Assembly: GCA_965197285.1 (NCBI GenBank)
Contig: OZ240092.1
Span: 4,726,335 to 4,790,334, forward strand
From: Acidobacteriota bacterium
Lineage (GTDB): Bacteria; Acidobacteriota; UBA6911; RPQK01; CBDAPI01
Length of the DNA stretch: 64,000 nucleotides
Direction of reading: 5' to 3'
Of the stretch, positions 53,577 through 62,816 are shown piece by piece; position 1 is the first letter of the stretch; the number at the start of each line of letters is the position of its first letter. Below the pieces are notes generated by a model. That model did no database searches. It had not been told where the DNA came from and worked only from the letters and a program-made list of their open reading frames with translations. The position numbers were made by a program, and so were the translations under genes.

Positions 53577-54434
53577 TTGCGGAGACCACGGTTGAGTGGA
53601 CTGAGGGACTTCATTGAGTGGCTGTTTGCTCTCAGGATCGTCGAGAGCGAGCGGCTGGTTTTTGTCGACGATCCCTACAATATCTACGCTCGGGACGTCT
53701 CCGGACGGCGACCCCTTGTGGTTGCAGCGGTTCTCGCCCTGCTGTTCCATCTTTTTCTGATACTCATCGTGTGGCCCCGTCTGGGGGCCAGCGAACTGCC
53801 CCTGACGCCGGACAAATTCGTCATCAAGCAGTTGGCCCGCCCGGCCAAACTCGAGGGAGCCGCGGGCCGCCCCGCCGCCCCTCCACCCAAGCCCAAACCG
53901 GTGGTTCCCAAGCCCAAGCCCAAGTTCGTCCCGATTCCCGATCCGACTCCCAACGCGCCCGAACCCATCCGCCGCGTCGCAGTTGAACTTCCGCGGGTTC
54001 TGGAAGAACTCTCGATCGATCTCAGCATCGGCGAAATCGAGGCCCCTCCGGGTCCTCCCGCCCGTGGGGGTACGGGACTGGGGGACCAGGGTCGGGGACT
54101 GGGGCGCCACGGCCCCGGTGATGGAGCGGGTCGAGGTGGCGGTATCTTCCAGGTGGGAGGAGACGTCAGCATGCCGGTCCTGCTGATCAAGACGACCCCC
54201 TCCTATACGGACCAGGCCATCAAGGCCAAGGTGCAGGGAGTTGTCTTGCTGAGGGGAATCGTGCGGAGCAACGGCCGGGTGGACACCCTGAGCGTCGTCC
54301 GGGGATTGGGATACGGTCTCGAAGAGAACGCCATCAGAGAAATCGCGTCGAAGTGGAAATTTCGGCCCGGAATGCGCAATGGCCAGTCGGTGGATGTCTG
54401 GGCCACCATTGAAGTTACCTTCAACCTCCGTTGA
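53577..54434 (+). CDS. TonB family energy transducer
   Basis: N-terminal TM segment, a Pro/Lys-rich spacer (PKPKPVVPKPKPKFVPIPDPTP), and a C-terminal TonB domain (...VVLLRGIVRSNGRVDTLSVVRGLGYGLEENAIREIASKWKFRPGMRNGQSVDVWATIEVTFNL). The start codon is TTG. Confidence 0.7.
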   Translation: MRRPRLSGLRDFIEWLFALRIVESERLVFVDDPYNIYARDVSGRRPLVVAAVLALLFHLFLILIVWPRLGASELPLTPDKFVIKQLARPAKLEGAAGRPAAPPPKPKPVVPKPKPKFVPIPDPTPNAPEPIRRVAVELPRVLEELSIDLSIGEIEAPPGPPARGGTGLGDQGRGLGRHGPGDGAGRGGGIFQVGGDVSMPVLLIKTTPSYTDQAIKAKVQGVVLLRGIVRSNGRVDTLSVVRGLGYGLEENAIREIASKWKFRPGMRNGQSVDVWATIEVTFNLR

Positions 54435-54542
54435 TCGAACCGGGGGCGCCTCACTTCTCGACCCAAGGCGGGTCCCATGGGGCTTCCGCCACGCGTGCAA
54501 TAGCGCCGCGCTGCCGGGTGGCAGTACGTTTCCGCAATTGAG

Positions 54543-55043
54543 ATGCGCAAGCTGTCCGTTTCACTGGCATTCGTTGTTTTTGCAGCCGACCTCTTCACCA
54601 AGTGGTGGGTCAAGACCACGTTGAGGCTCGAGTACTACCCGATTGTGGAGGGGTTCGTCACCATTGACTACGCCGAAAACACGGGAATTGCCTTTGGATT
54701 GTTCGACAGCTCCCAGTCCGCGTGGAAAGGCCCCCTTCTCGGTTTGCTGGCTGTTGTCGCGATGTGTATGGTGCTTTATTACATCTGGACCACGCCGGTC
54801 GGCGAGCGCGCCGTCCTGGTGGCTCTCGGCCTGGTACTGGGCGGGATCCTCGGCAATTTTGCGGACCGTCTGACCCACGGGTACGTAATCGACTTCGTGA
54901 AATTGCACTGGCTTGATGTCTTTGCCTGGCCGACCTTCAACCTGGCTGACTCAGCGATCACGATTGGAGTCGTGCTGATACTGGCGCTCAGTCTGTTTGG
55001 GAGTGAGGATCAGCAAATGGGGAGGAGTACGGTCGGCGAATGA
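54543..55043 (+). CDS. lspA: Lipoprotein signal peptidase (signal peptidase II)
   Basis: MRKLSVSLAFVVFAADLFTKWWV...; conserved Asn/Asp boxes (...FNLADSAITIG...). Confidence 0.85.
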   Translation: MRKLSVSLAFVVFAADLFTKWWVKTTLRLEYYPIVEGFVTIDYAENTGIAFGLFDSSQSAWKGPLLGLLAVVAMCMVLYYIWTTPVGERAVLVALGLVLGGILGNFADRLTHGYVIDFVKLHWLDVFAWPTFNLADSAITIGVVLILALSLFGSEDQQMGRSTVGE

Positions 55044-55699
55044 GTTGCGAGAGTGGTTGGGTGCCTGCCCTTGTTACCCTGGCTCTGATAGGAAGCAGTC
55101 TGGGTGCCGGGGCAGTTGAGAGGGAAGTTTCCGCCCTGGAGGTGGTTGAGCTCAGTCAGAAGCACTACCGGGGAATCCGGACATTGCGGGCGGACTTCAG
55201 CCAGGTCTACCGAGGTCATATGGCGAGAGACGAGGAGCACGGCATTCTCATGCTCAAGAAGCCTCGCAAAATGTACTGGGAATACCGGGATCCGGTTGAG
55301 AAGTACCTGATCGCGGATGGGAAACGAGCCTATTTTTACGTGCCCAGAGACCGGCAGGTATTCCTGTACGAACTCGAAGATGATCGGCTCTTCATGTTTC
55401 TGATGGGGGAAGGGCAGGTGGCGCAAGATTTTGAGATCGCCTTTGAAAGGGAGGAGCCACCCCTCAAGAAAGAAAACTTCCTGGTCCGACTCACGCCGCG
55501 GGAGGAAGAGGCGTCGTTTTCAGAGATATTGCTGGAAATTACCCCCGTTTCCTACCGAATCGAGAGGCTCGTGGCTCTTGAGCCGATTGGGGCGCGAAAT
55601 GACTACATCTTGAAGAACATCCGCGAGAATGTCAGTATTCCCGACCGGAGATTCAGGTTCAAGCCTCCAGGGGGGGTTGAAATTGTCCGCGAGTACTAA
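55040..55699 (+). CDS. LolA-like outer-membrane lipoprotein carrier/periplasmic chaperone family protein
   Basis: Signal peptide plus LolA-like ...LRADFSQVYRG... Overlaps lspA with an ATGA junction. Confidence 0.55.
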   Translation: MSCESGWVPALVTLALIGSSLGAGAVEREVSALEVVELSQKHYRGIRTLRADFSQVYRGHMARDEEHGILMLKKPRKMYWEYRDPVEKYLIADGKRAYFYVPRDRQVFLYELEDDRLFMFLMGEGQVAQDFEIAFEREEPPLKKENFLVRLTPREEEASFSEILLEITPVSYRIERLVALEPIGARNDYILKNIRENVSIPDRRFRFKPPGGVEIVREY

Positions 55700-55770
55700 A
55701 TTGCGATGACAGATGACCCGGGACGAATTTCGGTGGTTGCCGCCCGGGACCTTAAAGGGAAGGCGGGGCG

Positions 55771-56763
55771 TTGAGTAACGTGAGGGCCAAGATCACGGCG
55801 TTGGGGATGTCCTTCCCGGAGAGAATCGTGAGCAACCACGAGCTGTCCGAACTCGTCGACACGTCCGATCAGTGGATCCGCGAAAGGACCGGCATAGTCG
55901 AGAGGAGAATCGTCGCCAAAGGGCAGACGAACAGCGATCTCTCAGCGCAGGCGGCCCTGGAGGCACTCGCGCAGACTCCTTACCGGCCTCGGGATCTCGA
56001 TCTGATTATCGTTGCAACCGTTACTCCCGACATGATGTTTCCTTCGACGGCGTGCGTGGTTCAGGAGAAGATCGGGGCCGCCAACGCCTGGGGTTTTGAC
56101 CTGTCGGGCGCCTGCTCCGGATTTGTCTATGCTCTAGCCACCGGCGCCCAGTACATTCAGACCGGAGTCCACCAGAGGGTGCTGGTGGTGGGGACCGATG
56201 TGATGAGCAGCATTCTCAACTTCCAGGACCGGTCAACCTGCGTTCTTTTTGGTGACGGATCGGGAGCGGTGCTGCTGGAGCCCAGTGATAATGATCGGGG
56301 AATCCTTGACTTTCTTCTTCACAGTGACGGATCAGGTGGAAAGTACCTGTCGATGCCGGCCGGGGGAAGCCTACATCCGGCCAGTGAGGAGACGGTGGCC
56401 AAGCAGATGCATTCGGTACATCAGGACGGTCGAGCGGTCTTCAAATCCGCGGTCAAGCTGATGACTGAAGTCTGTCAGAACCTGTTGAACAGAAACGGGC
56501 TTGCGCCTGAAGACATCAAATTGTTCGTTCCCCACCAGGCGAACCTGCGCATCATCAACTCGTCGGTCGATCGCCTCGGGCTGAGCAGGGAACAGGTCCT
56601 GGTCAACATTGACAGGTACGCCAACACGACCGCGGCCACCATTCCGGCGGGTCTTGCCGAGGCGCAGCGAGACGGTCGCATCGAGGATGGAGATCTGGTG
56701 CTGTTGGCTTCCTTTGGTGCTGGTTTTACCTGGGCAAGCCTCCTCCTGCGCTGGGCTGGATAG
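55771..56763 (+). CDS. fabH: 3-oxoacyl-[ACP] synthase III
   Basis: ...GMSFPERIVSNHELSELVDTSDQWIRERTGIVERR...; active-site Cys context GFDLSGACSGFVYAL; HQAN; ...ASFGAGFTW. Confidence 0.85.
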   Translation: MSNVRAKITALGMSFPERIVSNHELSELVDTSDQWIRERTGIVERRIVAKGQTNSDLSAQAALEALAQTPYRPRDLDLIIVATVTPDMMFPSTACVVQEKIGAANAWGFDLSGACSGFVYALATGAQYIQTGVHQRVLVVGTDVMSSILNFQDRSTCVLFGDGSGAVLLEPSDNDRGILDFLLHSDGSGGKYLSMPAGGSLHPASEETVAKQMHSVHQDGRAVFKSAVKLMTEVCQNLLNRNGLAPEDIKLFVPHQANLRIINSSVDRLGLSREQVLVNIDRYANTTAATIPAGLAEAQRDGRIEDGDLVLLASFGAGFTWASLLLRWAG

Positions 56764-56795
56764 CCCAAGTTCCATGTTCCACGTTCCACGCAACC

Positions 56796-57140
56796 ATGGA
56801 AAACCCACCAGAACCAAGCAAGCCGGCGAACATCGACATGAAGCCCCCCATCGCAGCGGAGGAGGTAGTTGTTTACGCTCGTGAGTTTTTCGGGCTCGGG
56901 GGCTCGGCGACGCTGCTGCCTTCGGAGACCGATGGCAACTTCAAGCTGCACGTGGACGACGGCCGGGCCTTCGTGGTCAAGATCAGCCAGCCGTCCTCCT
57001 GGGCGCTGCTGGAGAAATTGGGTGAGATCCAGGCGAGCCTCTTTCATTCCTCGGTGCGGGCGGGTTGCGGACTCGAGTGGCCCACCAGCTTCAAGGAACC
57101 CCGGCTGCCAAGGAAACCGCAGAGGCAGGAACGACAGTGA
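56796..57140 (+). pseudogene. Probable 5' remnant of an APH/homoserine-kinase-II-type phosphotransferase gene (about 100 aa of N-lobe only), ending in a dispersed repeat
   Basis: ...AEEVVVYAREFFGLGGSATLLPSETDGNFKLHVDDGRAFVVKISQ... resembles the N-lobe start of aminoglycoside/choline-kinase-fold phosphotransferases. The ORF ends inside the 42-bp repeat, not in a full kinase fold. Confidence 0.3.
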
Positions 57141-57149
57141 CTGCGCCGC
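57108..57149. repeat. 42-bp dispersed repeat, copy B. It forms the 3' end of the truncated phosphotransferase ORF and precedes the long hairpin
   Basis: See copy A. Confidence 0.6.
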
Positions 57150-57172
57150 AGCGCGGAAGGTGCCGGGGGGCC

Positions 57173-57245
57173 GAGAGGGGGAGGAGGCTCAGGGCCGCGC
57201 GACGTTTAAATTCCCGAGCGCGGCCCTGAGCCCCCTCCCCCTCTC
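57173..57245. terminator. Long imperfect hairpin (28-bp stem with one mismatch, 17-nt loop) between convergent genes. Probably a bidirectional terminator
   Basis: GAGAGGGGGAGGAGGCTCAGGGCCGCGC - loop GACGTTTAAATTCCCGA - GCGCGGCCCTGAGCCCCCTCCCCCTCTC. Confidence 0.5.
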
Positions 57246-57302
57246 TACTCGGAAGGTTTGAAAACCTGCAACAACGTGGAACTTGGAACCGTGGAACCCG
57301 GA

Positions 57303-58421
57303 TCAGCGCAGCTGATCCGCCACTTGCCGGGCGATCTCGTGGGCGAGAACCCGGTGTCCCTCGGGCGTGTAGTGGGCGAAGTCGGTGAATAGAGAGGTGC
57401 CGCCGTTCGCGGCCAGCACAGCTCTGGGGTCGATATAGTCGATCGACTGGTGCCGGGCCCAGTCGGCCATCCGGTCGATCAGCTGATTTCCAAAACGATT
57501 AACCGTCTTCTGCTCGTGAAAGGCATATCGAGTGGGAGTCAGCAGCAGTACGAGGCGAGATCCGTTGCGGTCGGCGAGTGCCCTGATCTTCGAGATCGCC
57601 GCCTGTGCCTGACTCCAGCCGGATTCGAGCCTCTCGGTAGTGAAGAGAAAGCGATCAAACTCCATGTGGTAGTAGAGGTAGCCTGGACTCGAAAGCGCCG
57701 AGTGCCGGGGAAACAGTCGACCCAGAGTGCCGAGCAGTCGGCGAGTGAGCATAGTGTAGAGATACGTTCGTTCGTAGAAATAGGGACCCAGGGTGAAAGA
57801 TCCCAGCAGGTTGCCGTCCCAGGCCACACAATATCTCCCGCCACGCACCTCCAGGCCGCGTTCTCCCCCATCCACAACTCGCAACAGGGCTTCATCAGTC
57901 ACGTCGTTGGACGGCTCCATTTGAACGAGTATCAGGTTTGGGGCCAGATCGAAGCCTTCCACCCGCAGGTAGGCAAGATACGACGAGGGGCTGTAGCCCT
58001 GTCCGGCCGCATTCATGATTCGGATTCGCCCGGGTCCGCGCATCAGGAGCGCTTCCGTCAGCCGGCAATAGGTCTCTTCCGGTTGCACGCCAAAACCAAA
58101 AGCAACGGAGTCGCCGAGGGCCAGAATCCGGTACTCATCTTCGGGCCTCCGCCGCGGGAAATCGGGTTCTCCCCGAAAACCGTAGCGATTCGTTTTCACC
58201 TCCTGCATGTCCCCCACAGGGCCTCTGAAGTTGGGGCGAAGTCTGGTGGGGATATATTTGCCTGGAATCGTGTCGCGCCGGGCTGGTCCCGGCATTCTTA
58301 CGTACTTGACCAGCAGTTCCGCCGGAAGGAGAAAGACCAGCAGGAGAACTGCCGTCAGAAGGATCCGAAAGCCGGCGCTCTTGTTAGTCGTCGTGGTGTC
58401 CACCGCTCCCCGAGGCGTCAA
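57303..58421 (-). CDS. SGNH/GDSL-family hydrolase, membrane-anchored
   Basis: N-terminal TM helix, GDS motif ILALGDSVAFGFG, and the C-terminal ...DFAHYTPEGH block. Alternative start codons (TTG or GTG). Confidence 0.6.
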   Translation of the reverse strand: MTPRGAVDTTTTNKSAGFRILLTAVLLLVFLLPAELLVKYVRMPGPARRDTIPGKYIPTRLRPNFRGPVGDMQEVKTNRYGFRGEPDFPRRRPEDEYRILALGDSVAFGFGVQPEETYCRLTEALLMRGPGRIRIMNAAGQGYSPSSYLAYLRVEGFDLAPNLILVQMEPSNDVTDEALLRVVDGGERGLEVRGGRYCVAWDGNLLGSFTLGPYFYERTYLYTMLTRRLLGTLGRLFPRHSALSSPGYLYYHMEFDRFLFTTERLESGWSQAQAAISKIRALADRNGSRLVLLLTPTRYAFHEQKTVNRFGNQLIDRMADWARHQSIDYIDPRAVLAANGGTSLFTDFAHYTPEGHRVLAHEIARQVADQLR

Positions 58422-59184
58422 TGAGCCGAGGTTCCAGTTTACCTGCCGGGTCGAAAACGGGGAAGGACCACAGCCCGGCGCGCTGTATGCGGTACTGGAG
58501 ACTGCACCCCATCACTCCAAGCCCATACACGATCGATCTCCCAAAGCTGATGGTTGAGGCGTCAGCATTGTATCGAGTAGGACAGCTGATTTCTCCGACT
58601 CGAAATCCGAAGTGGAGGGCCTGGACCAGAATCTGATTGTCAAAAACAAAATCATTCGAATTGCGTGCCAGCGGAAGCGCCTCCAGAACCTTTCTGCTAA
58701 AAGCGCGGAAGCCGGTGTGGTACTCGGAGAGTTTGGCGCCGGTGAGCAAGTTCTCGAACCAGGTAAGGAACCGGTTGGCGCAGTACTTGTGCACCGGCAT
58801 GCCTCCCTTCAACGCGGTACCGCCCAGGATCCTGGAGCCGAGAACGACGTCGAACTCCCCGCTGACAACCATGTAAGCCATCGCAGGAATCAGGCGAGGA
58901 GAATACTGGTAGTCGGGGTGGAGCATGACAAAAACCTCGGCACTGAGAGAGAGGGCGTGACGGTAGCATGTTTTCTGATTGGCTCCGTAGCCCAGGTTCC
59001 GGGCGTGGCGGATGGTCTTGATTCCCAGATCTCGTGAGATTCGCGCCGTTGCATCCGAGCTGCCGTCGTCCACCAGGACCACTTCATCAACTACGTGTCG
59101 GGGGATCTCGCGGTAGGTTCGTTCAAGGGTGGCTTCAGCATTGTAGGCCGGGAGGACGACGACGATCCTCTGGTTGTCAAGCAT
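58384..59184 (-). CDS. Family 2 glycosyltransferase (dolichyl-phosphate-mannose-synthase-like)
   Basis: IVVVLPAYNAEATLERTYREIP...VVLVDDGSSDAT...; DxD-type GT-A fold. Start at MLDNQRIVVV. Confidence 0.75.
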   Translation of the reverse strand: MLDNQRIVVVLPAYNAEATLERTYREIPRHVVDEVVLVDDGSSDATARISRDLGIKTIRHARNLGYGANQKTCYRHALSLSAEVFVMLHPDYQYSPRLIPAMAYMVVSGEFDVVLGSRILGGTALKGGMPVHKYCANRFLTWFENLLTGAKLSEYHTGFRAFSRKVLEALPLARNSNDFVFDNQILVQALHFGFRVGEISCPTRYNADASTISFGRSIVYGLGVMGCSLQYRIQRAGLWSFPVFDPAGKLEPRLIDASGSGGHHDD

Positions 59185-61462
59185 TCTGGCTCGGGCTGAG
59201 AATCTCTCGCACCTTCCGCAGCAGTGCATGGGAAGTGAACGGTTTTGCCAGGAACGACACTCCGGCGGACCCGCCTTTGAGGAGTTCCGAGTGGATCGTG
59301 TCCGGGTAGCCGGAGACGTACAGAACCTTGAGTTCCTCTCCGGCCCTCATCTCTCGGATCTCGCGAGCCAGCTCCCAGCCACCAATGACGGGCATGATGA
59401 GGTCAGTGATCAGCAGGTCGAAGGCCCCCAGCTTCCTGGCCAGGGTGAGCGCCTTTTCTCCGTCTGCGGCTTCGAAGACAGTGTACCCCTTGCGCGTCAG
59501 GATTTCGCTGATCAGTTTGCGAATCCGATCCTCGTCTTCGACCAGAAGGATGGTTTCGTCTCCACCGGTGGCGGCGACAACGGTCTCTTCCGGCGCCGTC
59601 GGAGGGATCGGTTCCTCCAGGGGCCCACATGCCGGCAACCAGACCTCGAAAATCGTTCCTTTCTCCTCGCCACTTCGGATCTGAATCTGGCCGCCAGCCT
59701 GGGCCACGATCCCGTAAACAATGGAAAGACCCAGACCCGTGCCCTCACCGGTATCTTTGGTCGTAAAAAAGGGCTCGAACACTTGTTCCCGGACCTTTTC
59801 AGGGATCCCCTCGCCCTCGTCCACGACGCTGACCACGACATATTCACCCGCTTTCAAGTTGCCCGGGAACTCCTCCTCTCCTTCCTCGATCGAACGCTTC
59901 CCAGTTCGAATCGTCAGCGCCCCTCCTTGCGGCATGGCGTCCTGAGCGTTCACCGAGAGGTTCATCAGCACCTGTTCCATCTGGCCGGGGTCCATTCGCA
60001 CCGGGATGATCTCGGGATCCAGTTTGGTCTCGATGCTGATGTTGGGTCGAATGATACGCCGCAGAAGTTGTGCAAAACCTTGGACGACATCGTTCATGTC
60101 CAGGATCTCGAGCTGCAGAATCTGATGGCGGCTGAACGTCAACAGCTTGTGGGTGAGGCCCTGGGCACGATCGACTGAGTCGAGAATCGTCTGGGCGTCC
60201 TCGCGCGCCTCGGAAGATTCCCACAGGGAATCCTTGAGGAACTCCCCGTAGCCCATGATGACGGTCAAGATGTTGTTGAGGTCGTGGGCAATTCCTCCTG
60301 CGAGCCGCCCGACTGCCTCCATTTTCTGAGCCTGACGGAGTTCGTCTTCCAGTGCTTTTCGGGCCGTGTCGTTGAACAGATATCCCCTCACGCGCGCCAG
60401 AATCCCCGCCTCGTCATTCGAGCCCGTTACATTGGCAACGACATGAACGGGGTCTCCGGAAATGCGCTGAAGTTCAATCTCATGGTATTCAAGTTTCTTC
60501 CTGGCGCGAAGAAGGTCCAGGAACTCAATGGCCTGCTCTTCGCCGGGAAACAACGAAAACAGGTTGGAGTTTTCCGCGTGCTGAAGAGACTCAAACCCGA
60601 ACATCTCGGAAAAGGCGGGGTTACAGGTGAGGATGTCACCGTTGAGCCTGGCCGTAAAATCACCCGTCAGGTCATCTTCGAAGAAGCGGCGATACCTCTC
60701 TTCGCTCAGTCTCAGGCCCTGTTCAGCCCGCTGACGCTCCGTGATGTCTTCATGCGTGACCACGACTCGGATCGGATCCGGAGCCTTGAAGCGGGTGACG
60801 CGAACGACCAGCCAGGACGTGGAGCTGGTGGCGGCGGTGGAATAGGTGCATGAAAACACCGGCTCCTCCAGGGCGATGACCTGGCGGATCCCCTGGCTGA
60901 TGGTGCTGGTTTCGTCGGAAACTTCTGACAGCCTTGAATCAAGCTCATCCAGGTAGTTCATTCCCACCCCCAAATCTTCACCAAAAAGGTGTCCGGGCAC
61001 AGAGAACGACTTCCACGACTGATTCACAGCAATAATCACACCTGTTTCATCCAGAACCGCGATGTGCGACTCAATGGCGTCCAGCGATTCCAGAAGCAAG
61101 CTGCGCGATTCCAGAAGCAAGCTGCGCGATTCCAACAGTCCTTCTACACGGTCGTTGGCCATTCGGTAGGAGGTGTAGAGCACCAGAACCAGTGGGACAG
61201 AAATGGCTACCCCGAAAAGAGACTCCTGCTCAAAGGTGAAGAAGATGGCAGCGGCTGTCATAGCACCAGCCAGCGTCGAGAATGCTGAGGGGACTATGCT
61301 GGAGCGCCACACTTCGGTACCCGCACCGGGGCTGGACAGGAGCATGGCTGTGGCTACGGTCATGGTGTTCAGGACGACGTACAGGAAGCCGCACACGCCG
61401 ACGCTAATGAAGGTCTGGAGCCCCGAATCCTGGCTGGTTAGCGGAGGCACGTGTCCCTGCAA
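59177..61462 (-). CDS. Hybrid sensor histidine kinase/response regulator with N-terminal TM segments and PAS domains
   Basis: PAS regions; HisKA H-box (GGIAHDLNNIL); HATPase_c (GTGLGLSIVYGIV); C-terminal REC (LLVEDEDRIRK...DLLITDLIMP). TTG start. It contains a 21-bp in-frame tandem duplication. Confidence 0.85.
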   Translation of the reverse strand: MQGHVPPLTSQDSGLQTFISVGVCGFLYVVLNTMTVATAMLLSSPGAGTEVWRSSIVPSAFSTLAGAMTAAAIFFTFEQESLFGVAISVPLVLVLYTSYRMANDRVEGLLESRSLLLESRSLLLESLDAIESHIAVLDETGVIIAVNQSWKSFSVPGHLFGEDLGVGMNYLDELDSRLSEVSDETSTISQGIRQVIALEEPVFSCTYSTAATSSTSWLVVRVTRFKAPDPIRVVVTHEDITERQRAEQGLRLSEERYRRFFEDDLTGDFTARLNGDILTCNPAFSEMFGFESLQHAENSNLFSLFPGEEQAIEFLDLLRARKKLEYHEIELQRISGDPVHVVANVTGSNDEAGILARVRGYLFNDTARKALEDELRQAQKMEAVGRLAGGIAHDLNNILTVIMGYGEFLKDSLWESSEAREDAQTILDSVDRAQGLTHKLLTFSRHQILQLEILDMNDVVQGFAQLLRRIIRPNISIETKLDPEIIPVRMDPGQMEQVLMNLSVNAQDAMPQGGALTIRTGKRSIEEGEEEFPGNLKAGEYVVVSVVDEGEGIPEKVREQVFEPFFTTKDTGEGTGLGLSIVYGIVAQAGGQIQIRSGEEKGTIFEVWLPACGPLEEPIPPTAPEETVVAATGGDETILLVEDEDRIRKLISEILTRKGYTVFEAADGEKALTLARKLGAFDLLITDLIMPVIGGWELAREIREMRAGEELKVLYVSGYPDTIHSELLKGGSAGVSFLAKPFTSHALLRKVREILSPSQNA

Positions 61463-61863
61463 CAGATAAAAGAGATTTCCGATAAAAAAACGGAGATGGA
61501 TACCTGAGCGATGTTGAACAGGAATCGATACATCCGTGATCGGTGCAGGAACTGGAAACTGACGAGAGTCGCATCAATGACTCCCACTGCCACCCCTACT
61601 TCAGGGGAAAAGAACAGCAGCCCACTAAATATGAAGACGTCGCTGATGGTGAAGCTTACGGAGAGATTCTGATCGCCCGAGAAACGCAGCCGCACCGGCA
61701 AAAAGGCGGCCACCGCAGTGAAAAGAGCAAGATAAAGCCACTGCCGATCCCCCTCCAGAATCACGTCTGCGTAGGAGTAAACGGCTATCGGCAGGCCGAC
61801 AACGGTAATCGACGCTACATAGTTTCGCGCTCGCTTAGGCAGATCATCCGTAAAAAAACGCAC
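61438..61863 (-). CDS. Integral membrane protein (4 predicted TM helices). It overlaps the start of the hybrid kinase by 25 nt in another frame and is possibly the split N-terminus of that sensor
   Basis: Hydrophobic 141-aa ORF immediately upstream of, and overlapping, the sensor kinase whose own N-terminus is also membrane-spanning. Confidence 0.35.
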   Translation of the reverse strand: MRFFTDDLPKRARNYVASITVVGLPIAVYSYADVILEGDRQWLYLALFTAVAAFLPVRLRFSGDQNLSVSFTISDVFIFSGLLFFSPEVGVAVGVIDATLVSFQFLHRSRMYRFLFNIAQVSISVFLSEISFICCRDTCLR

Positions 61864-62114
61864 TGCTATGCTGCCACGCGACCAACCCCGGCCGCTTACT
61901 CCCGAGCCTGGACGGCGGGATGATTTCCGAGCTTCGCCTAAAAAGACGGCGGCGCGGTCCGCGGCCTTATTGGCCGGTTTCTCAATCGATCCAGTAGATG
62001 GTTTTCATGTCGCGCCCTTCTTCCCCGGGCTCAGGGCGTGGTCCCGGGTTCTGGAACCGGACCAACCCCCGAACACTCGGTACGCACCAGTTTACTCGAG
62101 AATCATCCAAAACC

Positions 62115-62816
62115 CTACTGCCTCTGCGCGATGTAGATTTCGGCGATACCCGCCGATAGTTTAAGTGAGTCCGGTGTCGAAAAACCCGCGTCTACAAAGA
62201 GGCCTTCCAGTTCGACGCGCGGGGGAAACCCTTTCACCGACTCAGGGAGGTAGCGATAGGGGGCAACCCGACCCGAGATCAGACCTCCGATCACTGGAAG
62301 CAGGCGCTCGAAGTAGATTCGGTAGAGGGCTCCAAAGATTCTCGAATCGGGGGCTGCGAATTCCAGAACGGCCAGATACCCTCCAGCCCGGAGAACTCGG
62401 GCCACCTCGCCCAGGCCCCTCCCGTAATCCTCCAGGTTGCGAAGACCGAAGGCGATGGTCGCAACCTGGAAAGTGCGCGAGGGAAAGGGCAGGGCGAGCG
62501 CATCACCCTGCACGAAAAGAATTGGATTCGCAGTCTCCCTGCGCTGCACCTTGTGCATGCCCCGCATCAGCATGGGGCGTGAAAAGTCACACGCGGTTAC
62601 GGGACTGATTCTCGCCATCTCGAGTGCCAGGTCTGCGGTCCCGGTGCAAAGATCGAGGGCTCGACCGCAGGGCTCGAGTCGGGCCTCGAGCTGTTTTCTC
62701 GTGACCCTCCGCCAGTAGCGATCTACCGAGAAGGAAAGGAGATGATTCAGAAAGTCGTAGGTGGGAGCGATGGCACCGAACATGGCCCGAATCTTGCGGC
62801 CGTCTCTGTCAACCAT
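62115..62816 (-). CDS. menG: Demethylmenaquinone/ubiquinone C-methyltransferase UbiE/MenG
   Basis: ...MFGAIAPTYDFLNHLLSFSVDRYWRR... and the SAM-binding LDLCTGTADLA motif. Start at the internal Met (MVDRDG...). Confidence 0.8.
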   Translation of the reverse strand: MVDRDGRKIRAMFGAIAPTYDFLNHLLSFSVDRYWRRVTRKQLEARLEPCGRALDLCTGTADLALEMARISPVTACDFSRPMLMRGMHKVQRRETANPILFVQGDALALPFPSRTFQVATIAFGLRNLEDYGRGLGEVARVLRAGGYLAVLEFAAPDSRIFGALYRIYFERLLPVIGGLISGRVAPYRYLPESVKGFPPRVELEGLFVDAGFSTPDSLKLSAGIAEIYIAQRQ

